From Utricularia gibba (taxonomy: Eukaryota; Plantae; Magnoliophyta), in contig CM007991.1 in assembly GCA_002189035.1 (NCBI GenBank), positions 186,001-250,000 of the forward strand: DNA of 64,000 nt, in the 5' to 3' direction. Each line of letters opens with the position of its first letter. Position 1 is the first letter of the stretch. Below the pieces are notes generated by a model, which was not told the origin of the DNA, made no database searches, and saw nothing but the letters and a program-made list of their open reading frames with translations. The position numbers and the translations under genes are program-made. This document shows, piece after piece, positions 26,679 to 38,773 of the stretch.

Positions 26679-28979
26679 ATGGCGGCGAATTTTAAGTTAC
26701 TGTTGATCATTTCCATGGCCCTCATCGCGCTATTTATGTTCTCAGTAATTGCTGAATGCATCCCGTTTGTGGTATTCCATGGTAACGTTTCTGTTGCTGT
26801 TGATTACTCTGTTGTTATGTCTTGGGAAAAATGATGTCTTTTCACTTGTTCTGGATACCCATCTAAGTTTCGAACTTATTGTTTATTGGAAAAATGGTGT
26901 CTTTTCTCTATAACTACTCGTGGCTGATCCTCCTCTCCTTGGCTGTATTATTTTATAAAAGATGCTTTGCAATTTGCAAATAATGGTTTTTACGGCTTTT
27001 AATTTATCTTCAACGTAATGTTACAGGAATTGCAGATAAGTGCAAGAGTGGTCCAGTGACACAGTTCACCAATCTGTTAAGTAATTGGTCTGGTTCAGCA
27101 GGGTACTGCATGTATGTGTTTGCCTCTATGATTGTTTGATGATCAAATTTCATAAACTAGTCTCTTGTTTCTTTCCTGATGAGGATCATTTTTTTCCCAG
27201 TGAAATTGGAAATGGCGGGTGGAATTCTTGGACCATGCCATTTCCGAAGCAGGTTCTTTCATTTTGTGTTAATAATGGTTGTTTCTCAGATGGCAGACTG
27301 AAATATCGGAACTTAACACAATTTTTGGTGTGGGCAGACAGCCATTGCCTGTGAGAAGGTATCTTTGTGGTTGCTTTCTCGTTACATACTTGAACTGTAT
27401 AAATATTAAGTTGTAAAAGCTTGTTACTTGAGAATTTGAACCCATCTTGCAGGTGAAGAGGATGAGTGAACTCAAGGATGGCTACAATATAATTGGTCTC
27501 TCCCAGGTGAAAATTGATTTCCTGGTCCAGTCTGTGAGCTTTTTTTTTTTTTTCTCTCTCTCTCTCCTAACTCAGCAGTATATTTGTTCTTTCCTCATGG
27601 AAAGTTTCATTTGATGTTTGGAAATATGTTACGAATCCTTTCAGGGTAATTTTGTCGGACGAGGAATTGTTGAGTTATGTGATGATGCACCTCCGGTAAG
27701 TATTAAAATATGCAAGTTAGTGAACATCCTTTGACAAGAAGCGTATTCTTGTATCTCAATGGAAAAAGTCATTGTTTGAAAATAATTCAGTTTCAGCTAC
27801 TAAATTCGCCACGAGTGTGCTAAAGTTAGAATTCGAATCACTTCCAAACATATCCAAATTTCATTCAATTCATGCATCCTTAGCCTTTCCTTCATCACAG
27901 GTGAGAAATTTCATCTCCCTTGCCGGACCTCATGCTGGCATAGCGTCTGTTCCACTCTGCAAAGTGAGTGTTAAATATAAATCTACAGTTCGAGATCTGA
28001 ATACTGTTTTTGAAAGTGAGTTTCTCTTGCCAGTCCGCAGCCGTGTGTGTCCTCGTGGACTACTTGGTTGATTTAGCCGTGTACTCCGCTTATGTTCAGG
28101 TTGAACTTCAACCTACGTACTTGTAGTTCACTGAATGAGATCTATAAGTTTTTTTTTTCATTAATATGGGAAACTGCATATGAATTGTGTTAGCTTCCAT
28201 GGTATTCAAAAAAGTGAAATATTTTCAAACTTTAAATCTATGACCCCTTGATTCCAGGAGCATTTAGCACCTGCTGGTTATGTCAAAATACCTACAGTAA
28301 GTAAAATTTTCCATGCAAATATTGGTCCATTCCACTTCCTGCATTATCATCTGGCTCTTCCCCGTGCTCATGTGTTAGGATATGAAAGGTTATAAAAAAG
28401 GATGCAGATTCCTTCCCATGATCAACAATGAAGAATACAAGAACATTACTTACAAGCAGAGATTTTCAAGTTTGGACAACTTAGTGCTCATCAAGGTTCC
28501 ATCTCATTACTTGGCTTTGGTATTTTTCGCTGCATAATCCAAGTTCTTGAATTCTTGGGAACACGTGAAGTTCGAGCAAGACGATGTCCTTGTGCCGAGA
28601 GACACCTCCTGGTTCGGCTACTTCCCAGATGGCTCATGGGACGGGATCCAGCCCCCACAGGAGGTGAGTGCATCTCTGCACATACATATAACTACATGCA
28701 GTGCTATCTGTTAGCAATCTTGGTCCATATGTCTTTTTAAATTTGCAGACGAAACTGTACAAGGAGGATTGGATCGGTTTGAAGGCACTTGATGAAGTAG
28801 GGAAGGTGAAGTTTGTAAATGTCTCTGGAGGTCATCTTGAGATCTCCTATGGTGACATGAAGCAACACATCCTTCCATACCTATTTGACAATCGAAGTCG
28901 ACTGTCCGGAGAGCAGCCGTCTGAGTTGCATTTTTCGGGGCCGGAAATGAAGAAGACAATCAATTTGTATTCTTTATAA
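26679..28979 (+). CDS. Palmitoyl-protein thioesterase (PPT1-like), 12 exons including a 21-nt micro-exon at 27338-27358
   Basis: Signal peptide, then PFVVFHGIADKC, nucleophile GLSQG, ISLAGPHAG, FEQDDVLVPRDTSWFGY and GGHL. All exon phases are consistent. Confidence 0.9.
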
Positions 28980-29228
28980 GGATGCTAATAACTGTACATT
29001 TTAAGACCCAAAGCCATATCCATGATTTCAATATCTTCAGAGGTCAAACGAGTATTAGAAACACTAGATTTAATGTCGGAAGTAGTACATATTTTGTACA
29101 GGAAAGATGCTAGTACTACTACATTTCAGACTGCACAACACGACCCAGAAATGTGTCTTCTTCCACTACAAAAGTTCTTCCATACACCAAATCCAAGTGC
29201 TGGCAGAATTGTGCTACTCAATCAGCAT

Positions 29229-32200
29229 TTACATAGTTTTTGAGACTGTAGAGGATTCATTGTTATGTTTCTCCAAGTTCCTGAGTACAATGCGAGCGAA
29301 GATCTTGACTTCTATGGGGCCACTGGTAGCTGCTGCTGCCGACCGGAGAACCCGCGAGGCTCCAGCATTTTGCAGAAGCCGGACATGTAGAGCAGTGTGA
29401 CGGCCACCAGGGATCGTAAACTGGTCTCAGAGATGAAAAGGGTAGGCAATGAGGATGCATTGGATGTGTTCTCTAAGACAGATAATATGTGGTACCTGAA
29501 GAAGTGCAAATGCAGCACACCCCTTGAGTACAACAGATGGGTTCCGTAGCATTGTGATGAATCTCCCGATCTCCGCTCCACTGGGTACAGAAAATGAACA
29601 CGGTTAATTGGTGATACACAATCAAAATCCTACATGAGCACCTTGCTTCTAGCTTTCATTCTTTCCACAGTTAGTGAAGATAGCGTAGGGGGAGATGGGG
29701 TAGAAGACAACCTGCATCGAAGATGCCCGGCTTCATGAATACGAGCAGATTCCATTACTTGTCCTAGTGCTGCCGGAGCTGATGATGCAGCCGCAGCAGC
29801 AAATGCTTGAGGATCAGAAAATGTCATCATAAAGGCTTCGATATGCCTTAGAGCCATACTTCTCAGGCTATCCAAGTTTATGTTCTTGTTGTCAGTTGAT
29901 GTAGCTATGAGAGTGATCTCTTCCATTCTGCAAACAATGGAAAATACACTTGTCTTCTTTGAAGTTTCAAGAGATTTACAAAAGAAACCAAAGATATTGT
30001 TTAAGCATAGAAATTACACTGCACACCTTCCATCAAACATGTAAGCGAGTGCCAATGCAGACATGAAGCGTGCCATCTTTGACACAGATGAAGAGCAAAG
30101 ATGAACAAGTGCAGAAACACCACCTTCCTCAACTATACGAAGAGCATTTCCAGGGTTGAAAGCAAGGTTCCAAAGCGCCCCAGCAGCTGTCTCATGCACA
30201 TCCTGAAAGTTGGTGCATTTATCAGACACCGGAAATGCTAGGGGAGAATGCCAATGGTGAGAAGCTTTCTCATGCATTAATCTCCAAAACACTAATGAGC
30301 TGCTCTATCTTTTGCAGACACTAAAAATGGGAAGCATGTGAAAATGGATGAACGAACTTCAATTAGCTTACCTCAACTGTGGATCTTGCTAATGTTATTA
30401 GTGGTGGCACACCTCCTGCTTGCCCGATGGCAATGCTGTCATAAAACATGCATGTAAATATGAACACGAGGTGCATTTTAAGTCGGAAACATAATCAAAA
30501 CCAAAAGGAACAAAACAATGAAGGTAACAATCTTACTCATACCTATTCGCTTCTGAAACAGACAGTCCCCAAAGAGCTCCTGCGGCCCTTTCTTGCAGAC
30601 CAGATGATGCACTCAAGCATGACTGGGCAAGAGCAACCTAAAGGAGCAATTTGTGTGAAATTCAAAATTTTTCTGGGCATTCGAATTTTCTTAAGCCTTT
30701 AGTTGGGAAAACTTGACAAAGAAAGATGCAATACACTGAAAAGAAGTGTTCATACCAGAGCCTCAACTCCACCAGATGCTGCAATGGTTTCCCGGTTCCT
30801 ATCATCAAAGGACAAATTCCATAATGCACCTGCAGCTTCTTGCCTGGTCATGGGAGATCATGTGAAAAACATTGAGCATATCATCTGGCACATAATACAA
30901 ACAATTGAAATGTGAGGCATGTATTACTTCACTCCATCATGAGGGGAGTTCGTAAGTTGCACAAGAGCTACAAGGGCTCCTTCCTCTTGCCCTACAACAG
31001 CATTGTTGTTATTGCTTTCTCCATGAGCGGTCAAATTTGCCAGTGCACGAGCTGCCTGAAGAACAGAATCAAACATCAAAGGTTCTAGTTAGAAAAATAA
31101 ACCATCATCACGGTGTATGTAAATGAACATGAGATATTCAGTGATTCACATTCCATGTATAAAAGTTCACCTGCTCTTGCACACCTTCAACCTTGCAATT
31201 CAGAGCTAATGTAACGAGTGCACACACACCCCCAATAGTAGCAATTTCTGTGCTGCACTTATCGTCAGCAGCCAAGTTGGCCAATGCACCAGCTGCACGT
31301 TCCTGAAAACAATTTTAACTATATCCTTGAGAGTGTAAAAACCATGAGTTTTGAAATCCAGCATACTATACACCACTAATGTGGAAAAATAAGAAGTGCA
31401 TAGTGATGAGAGTGGATTGTCCTGTGATAACAACGGGAAATGTGGTCCAAAGCAGAAGATTTGAATCCCACTAAGTCTATAGTATGAATGAATACATACT
31501 GAATGCGAAAAAAATAAGGTCATCGAGAGTAACTAACCAACACTCCTTCACCGCCTCCAGACATTGACCATTTATGGATTATCTCCACTAATGCTTTAAC
31601 ACCACCAGCTTCCGCAATGGCACCCTAGAAAGGGATGTCAGGATCAAACTCAGCCATTTCAAACTCTCCAGGGGAAAATGAAATGTCCGGAAAAAATGGA
31701 AAAAATTGAAAAAAAAAAAAAACCTTGTGGTCTTCACCAACAGAGAGATTCCATAGTCTCCAGCTGCCTCTTCAGCGACCAATCTGTTAACAGACTTGGA
31801 AAGATTTACAAGAATGTAAATACCTCCTTCCTCAGCCACCTTCTTCGCAACATTGGCATTGACTGATAAGTTTGCTATTGCCTAGTAGAAAAAAAAAGGC
31901 ATCAATATGAGATGAACAGGAAATCCAAAAAAAAAAAATTAGAGTAAGTTTTTTTTTTTTTATCTGTAGAATTGCAGACATGATTGTTGTTACAACAGTA
32001 TTCAATATTTACATGAAATTGTTGCAGGGTAGTTGCCTTTTAAAAACAAATCAAGATGACTTGCCTTGGCAGCCTCTGACTGAAGCCCCTCCCGCCATGT
32101 CTGTGCAAGGTTAAGTAGAAGGCGTATACCACCATGCCGCATCACAGCTTCAGCTCTTCCGGTGTCAATGCTAGCATTTTCATCGTCAATTACAACAAAT

Positions 32201-33402
32201 GTTGCAAGAGCAGTGGCTGCTCTTTCTTGAACTTCCTCCTGGCCACTCTGCATGAAACTAAGCAACAGAATTGTGCCCTGACAGAGCCAAAATTTATCCA
32301 GACCAGGAGGATTACTCTCAGAAATGCGAAGAAGTGAGCTGCAGATTATCCATTCCAGCCAATCCAGAATTTCATTGGCTGCAACATCCTGCATTTTCGA
32401 ACTACGTGGCTCTAAGAAAATGTTCCCTCCACCATCAGTAGTATTTGCAAAGAGGCTAATGACTCCCTGCAGAATATCAGTGAAGACAGCCAGCAGAACT
32501 TTACCCTTGTGATTTTTATTGGAGACAAAGCTAGCATCCTCCTCAAGTAAAGGGCAATTCAAGGCACATAAAACCTTAAGAGATGGCGAGGATGCAAATA
32601 CTCTGGAGACAACAATGGGGGTTATATCGGTTTTAGAAACATCCAGCCCTATCAGGTGTGGAAGCTTGCTCCATGGATTCACTATTAAATTCCACTTGAT
32701 ATTTGTTGTCCCTGCAACTGAGAGGAAGCGAAGTGATGAAAGATCCCCGAGAGATGTTCCATCAATCATGCGGCAGTCAATAAGTCCAAGGTCTTCCAGG
32801 GATAGACAATTCTTTGCCAACGCATTGATTGCACTAGAATTCACCTCATGAATCCCTGAAAGCCTTAGTTTCTGAAGTTTAGGACAACATATAGCAATCA
32901 CTTTGATAGCATCACTGCTGATCTTCTCACAAAAATCTGGACCAATAACAAGGCATTCTAGCGCTTCATGCCGTGCCACAAGCATAGAGAGTGTAGCATC
33001 ATTCATTTTCCTGCAACCATCACCACTCAGCTCACGTAAATCAGTAGCTCGAAGCCTTATAATAGATTCAACCGATTCTGGCCCACGAAACCTAAGCTTT
33101 TTAAGATTCTTGCACTGTGAAGCAAGCCCTGCAAATGCTGCATCATTGCACCTGTGTGAGCGGAGATCCAGCACTCGCCACAGACATGGAGATTTTCCCA
33201 AAGCTCTCCATGTACGGCAGGTAGAGGACAAACTAGCTCGGTCACGGTAACTTAGACATGAAAATATATGAATGACTGTATCATCAGGTAAAGCTGTCCA
33301 ATCGACAACATCTTTCTCATCATAACCCAAATTCTCACTGATGCTATGAAAATCTTCATTTTGTTTGCCTCTCGAAACTCTTCTCCGCACTCTCCTACTC
33401 AT
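29229..33402 (-). CDS. ARABIDILLO1: ARABIDILLO-like F-box/LRR/ARM-repeat protein, 12 exons, GC-AG intron 1, 1-nt frameshift in exon 2 (near 31758)
   Basis: MSRRVRRR NLS, F-box DWTALPDDTVIHIFSCLSYRDRASLSSTCRTWR, and ARM repeats (ERAAGALANLAADD, QEAAGALWNLSFDDRNRE, HETAAGALWNLAFNPGNA). Ends KIFARIVLRNLE...TM* at 29229. Confidence 0.9.
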
Positions 33403-34429
33403 GATGAATCAGTTTATCAAGTCGACAAATTGAGAAAGGCAGTCACTATCATAAACTTTTCGAGGAAACAGCGGTTCCACAGTTTAGGTAGCAACTGACT
33501 AAAGCTCGACCCTTATGAACGCCGATCATCGGAAATAGCAATATCTTGAACTGATCCAACCTGATAACCAACTAACAGAAAAGGCCCTCAAAATTTAATC
33601 AACCCGGAGACTTCACCAAGATCCATAGAAATAAAGACTCCGATAGAACATCAAGGCTTCAACTTGTTTTCACGTGAACTTGCAAAAATAAGTATCAATG
33701 CAGTAGAAAAGGCAGTTCAAGATACCTTTTAACACCGCCCTTAGCTCACTAGCGACCCATGAAATGTCCTACAAGAACCCTAATCTAAACATCACAAAAC
33801 CAAGAAGCGAGGTTGGCTGAATGATCCCACAAGCAGACCCACAAATCTCAAATCACGAACCCCCGAAATTTAAGATTCTAATATACATCCATGCGTGTGT
33901 CAAAGCCCAAGTTTGTATACGCAAGTTTAGATTTTTGCAGTAAACCCCGATAGAGATACAGATTACAGGGAAGGGAATCAAGCGAAAGTTGAGGACAATA
34001 GTATGCAATAATCGGAGAGAATCAAGAGAAGTATATTAAAAACTTGGGAGAGAAATGTGGGGTAAAATCTTCAGCCACTTTCCAACCCTTACAGGAATTG
34101 AATGCTCCATTGAACGAAACTTCGCGAATTTATATTGCGTTTACATTGCACATCGTCACCCACTTTCATCGTTGAATCAGAAAGGGATCAAAAAGAAAAG
34201 CGCTTGGACTTGGGGTAGATGTTAATGTAACACCATAATTCACCTCTTACATGGGGAGACACAAAAAGGATTTATGCTTGTATACTCAATTGAAAAGATT
34301 TAAACTTTGGAAAATTTCTGTTTTGGTTGTGTTTCCATGTTGAATAATGTTATCTACCGATGACGCAATTTCAGTGACATGAATTCAATGTAAGTCACAT
34401 GCTTCTTTCCTGCTCATCATCTTTGACCT

Positions 34430-36337
34430 CTAACCGCATACAAAATCAGAGTAGAATCCGATAGTTCTCCTCCTGCAATCCTGAATGCTCAGCAGCTCCA
34501 CATCAAAGACCTCAAATTGCCTTGAACTGAAGAACGTTGAAGGCCCTACCTGTGAATCAGCATCGGAATTCATTTAAACGGATCAGAGGCAAGTAAAAAG
34601 AGAACGTCGAGAACGATGCATGATACGAGAAAAGGGACACTCACAGGTGGCCCGAGCTCTGGTGGGATGATGATCCTCCGTCTTCCGCCAGGCTTCATGT
34701 CGCTGATCCCTTGTTCGAAACCTGAAATGTATCTTCATTTCACTTCATTAACAGGTTTCATCTTTGGCATGTCAGCACTCAACTATGAGAATGCTACCTG
34801 GGATCAATGCGTTAATACCCAACCGGACTTTTGATGGTGAACCTTGTGAATACGTACTGTCAATACGGCGACCAGACTCGTTATAGCCGATGTAATGAAA
34901 TGTCACCTAGAGGAAAAAACACAAGCTGAAAACAGTATAATCGTAGTGCCATTTTGTGCCTGGTTGTGATTTGAACTTGATGAAACATGTTTTCATGATT
35001 ATTCTCCAGCACATTTCTGGTTTATCTAGCTTCTTCCATTGATAAGTTCTCAAAAAAGTCAAAAATAGTTCTAAAAAAAAGGATGACAAGAGGAAGAGGA
35101 ACCACCTGCTGACCAGGCTTTGGACATTCACCATCACCAACTGCGATGTCCCACACTACAAGACCTGAATCACGAGTAATGTACTTGTCTGTGGCCACAA
35201 CTTTTACTGTGAAACCTGCATAAGATACAACTTAATGATCCCGTATGAACAGATCCAACGGGTAACAATATATCAAACCTTCTCTAATGAAACTGGGAAA
35301 ATCATCAGGTGCATTGTTTTCTCTCTGGATTCTCTTATTCTGCTCCAGGAGCCGTTTTTCATCATAAGGGTTTGGTTTCTTTGTTTTTCCGAAGCATGGT
35401 AGTGCAGGAGTTACGCTTGCTCCCAAAAGAAAACCAATAAGAAGTCTCCGCTTCCTCTTCTCCGTGGAGATTAATGAAACTTCAGCTTGTTCACTAGTCA
35501 TGTAAGATGAGGGTAAGCAAAACTCCCAGGCAGGGGTAAAACTAGATTCAATGTAATAAGACACTCTATCAACTTAAGGAATCCATCATTACCTGAACCC
35601 CTGCAACTTACAGATTAACAAAGGATCAACTGTGGGTCTCCTCCGGAAAGAGGATGATCCATGTGATACATCGGATAAAAGAGCAATGCCTAAATGTTTC
35701 CATTCACGAAGTTCCATCACTTAAAGAGTTACAAATGGTAGTAGTTCCTCTCAAAAAAATCCAGTGAGAGTAAGAAAGTGGAGACAACTTTATCATAAAG
35801 GGACGATTCGTTCTCCAAAGATGGAGAGAGTGAGGGTTTGTATTAAATTCAAGAAAGTCTCAGTAGAACAGGTTGTTCCAAAGGAAAAAAGAATGCATTT
35901 GCAACTAACATTTTATGCAATAAAACAAGCTCCTCCATTTGGCATCAATAACTGTGCGAAAAATTTGGAGAGTTGGGGAGAATGAAGCAACTCTCACGAC
36001 AAGTGAAGTGAACACCTGCTCAAGGATTACAATGGGGAATGGGGACCAAGTTCGTTTTTTGGACAGTCATAGCTTCTGAACAAGAAATATTCACATGCAA
36101 GCTCAAGGGCAATTCAAAAACATTAAAATACATGACTAATATCCCGCTCTTCCAATAGTTCTTGTGAAGATACCACCGACCCAAAACATTCCATCGATTG
36201 AAGACTCATCCCGGTGCTTACAGTGATCAACCATTTAAAGGTAATTTCTAAAATATCAAGCCCAAAGAGTTTAAATTCCAAAACGATAAGCATTAATCCA
36301 CATGCGGTAAGTGACACTTACGGGAGAAAGAACCCAT
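34430..36337 (-). CDS. FKBP20-2: Thylakoid lumen FKBP-type peptidyl-prolyl isomerase FKBP20-2; 5' end uncertain (ATG 36337 via a 16-nt micro-exon, or ATG 35717)
   Basis: Twin-arginine motif KRRLL, then PYDEKRLLEQNKRIQRENNAPDDFPSFIREGF, VTFHYIGYNESGRRIDSTY, GPPVGPSTFFSS and TIGFYSDFVC. Confidence 0.88.
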
Positions 36338-36662
36338 CGTGGAAAAATGAGGCAAATACTGAAGCAAAAACATAGCTTTTCCTTGAGATCTTTCACAGCA
36401 TAATTTGCACTCAATTTTTCCGATTTGCGTCTTCTACCTCTTCCAGGTTGCTGAGAGCCTCAATTCAACCCCTTCTGTTTATCTTACAGATAAGCACAAA
36501 ATACCGAAACTACCCCTTGCGTTTCTTTGAATTCTATAGAAGCTTACCCCTCTGTTGCATTTTTCCATAACTATTCATTATATTCCTATCATTTCATTTC
36601 ATATGCAAATTCCAATTTACGACAAACATATAAATAAAAATGATTTCTTGGCAGGAAAAAAT

Positions 36663-38036
36663 TTAAGCTTTGGAAGTTGAGGTAAATTGCTCTGGTTTCT
36701 CTACCAGGAACTTCTTCTTCCTTGTAATGATCGAGGAGTCTTTTGAATGCCTCCTGATCTGTCTCCTGAATTTGGCTATGAATTCCCCTGCTTTTCTATC
36801 AACTTCTGCATCGCTGAAAATTTCCGTTATTTCTTTCCTTTCCTTATATTTCGCTCTCTGCTCATTCCGTTCTTCTGCAAACTCTGTCTGATCTTCTCTA
36901 CCGGAGTGTTGCAGTCCGGGAGTCGAAATGGGGCGCTCTGCAACTTGCAGATTCGATGATCCTCCTCGTTTTCCTACTATTCTCCACGGCAGTTTCCGAT
37001 CTTCCCAATTTTTCTGAGAAGAGACTTCCTTGATGTGCTTTCTTGCCCTAAGGGAACTCATTTGTTTTGGAGCTTCAGAGCTGAATGAGGATAATACAGA
37101 CTCGGAATCGGATTCAGATTCAGATTCTGGTTTTGATTCCAAATCTGAATAATCGTTTCTAGATGGGGGTCTATAACCAGAGAACACGATCTTCCTCTGA
37201 AAGTTCCCACCTTTGGAGCTTCTCAATTCGGGGGAGCTGCAAAATGAAGTCGAATCCAAAAGATCAAACTCGTACTCTCCAACAGATCGATGACGAAGAT
37301 GAGGCCGTGCCGGTGTCGAGGTTTCGACTGCCCCCTCAAACTTCCAACCCAAGTTCTTGGCAACAATGCCTTCATTACCATCGTCTAGTTTAAAAAAAGC
37401 ATCAGGTTTGGAACTCCATTTCCCACTGAAATCGAGTTCCCTTTCACCCACAATATTCGACTTTAGGCTCCGAACAGGCAAATTCAATGGCTCAAAATCT
37501 GATGTTTCACTAAGAAGACACTTAGCATCAGAAACAACCACCAACGATTCACCTCTCAGTGACTGCAGACGCCATTCTTTTCTCCACTTTGTCTCATCAA
37601 ATTCATTCGATTCACTGGATCTACTATTTTTATTCTGAGTGCATTCATCTCCCACCAGAAACTCTTCTTTTTCAATCCCATCATCCTCAAAAAAACCCCC
37701 AAATCCAAATTCAAAAAAAGGATATAAATAAGAACTCCCAGTAAAGTAGGAATCAAACTCATCCTTACCACAGCTCATCTTCGTAGTTTTCGTACTGAAA
37801 ACTCCGTAAGCGGCCGCGATTCCAACGATCGCGAGATGAAATACCTCCCAGAAATCACTGAATACACTTCTAGGGCCTTGGGATTGGAAGGGGAAAAAGA
37901 GAATCACAATCACAAGGGCGAGAACGATGAAGACTTTGCATAGAAACTCGTTTTGAAGAAGAATTGCTCGTGCCTTTACAGGTCTTCGAGGGCCGCTGGG
38001 GTACCTGGAGATTTCCGATGGCAAACACGATCCCAT
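36663..38036 (-). CDS. DUF761 'cotton fiber expressed' family protein (At3g60380-like), single exon
   Basis: Two N-terminal TM segments with FWEVFHLAIVGIAAAYGVFS, internal EPLNLPVRSLKS, and the C-terminal DUF761 motif EVDRKAGEFIAKFRRQIR. First in-frame ATG is at 38036. Confidence 0.8.
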   Translation of the reverse strand: MGSCLPSEISRYPSGPRRPVKARAILLQNEFLCKVFIVLALVIVILFFPFQSQGPRSVFSDFWEVFHLAIVGIAAAYGVFSTKTTKMSCGKDEFDSYFTGSSYLYPFFEFGFGGFFEDDGIEKEEFLVGDECTQNKNSRSSESNEFDETKWRKEWRLQSLRGESLVVVSDAKCLLSETSDFEPLNLPVRSLKSNIVGERELDFSGKWSSKPDAFFKLDDGNEGIVAKNLGWKFEGAVETSTPARPHLRHRSVGEYEFDLLDSTSFCSSPELRSSKGGNFQRKIVFSGYRPPSRNDYSDLESKPESESESDSESVLSSFSSEAPKQMSSLRARKHIKEVSSQKNWEDRKLPWRIVGKRGGSSNLQVAERPISTPGLQHSGREDQTEFAEERNEQRAKYKERKEITEIFSDAEVDRKAGEFIAKFRRQIRRHSKDSSIITRKKKFLVEKPEQFTSTSKA

Positions 38037-38773
38037 TCTTGAATTGCTCAGGCAAGCAAAGAAGACTTGTGATATGAAAAAGACGCAAGTTTTCAAAAAG
38101 AGCTCTTGACCGTTTTATTTGCTTCATTTACGAAATTACCCCTGAAACCGGTTCCAAATTAGCTCCTTTTCCTCACATAAGCTTCCCGGGTCCGGTTTGC
38201 ACTCCCCACGCAACTTATGGGCTGTAATTAACTTCATTTTCACATTTCAAAAATCAAGTTTATGTTAATTAAAATATTGATTATTCCAATTATATGTAAA
38301 AAGTAAATTTGAGATTTCAAAAACTAAGATTTTAAACTTCAATAACAAAAACTCTAGAATCTTTTAGAGTAAATTATAAAAATGGTAATCTGTCAGATAA
38401 GTTGTGAAAAAATAATATAAAAATTTTATTTGAATACGTGAAAAAGTAATTTACAATGATCATTTTTATAAATGATTTTGATAGATGGCCAATATATATA
38501 TATTTTTTCTATATAACTCAGTCCACGCATCTTCGAGACTAGTAGCTTACCATTTTATCCCTATCGACAACATCGGCTTTCGCGTATCTGAGGGGGTATT
38601 TATGGAATTCACCTTCTAATTTTCAGGCGCGAAAAAGATGGGTAATGGGGACAGCGGGAGTAACCGTCACCCCCATGCCAATTTATATATGTCCAGGGAA
38701 AATTCTAGCAAGAACACAGAATTCTTGCAGACTTCTGTTGTTTGCTGTGTAGTTTTTGTGTACAGTTGAAGTG

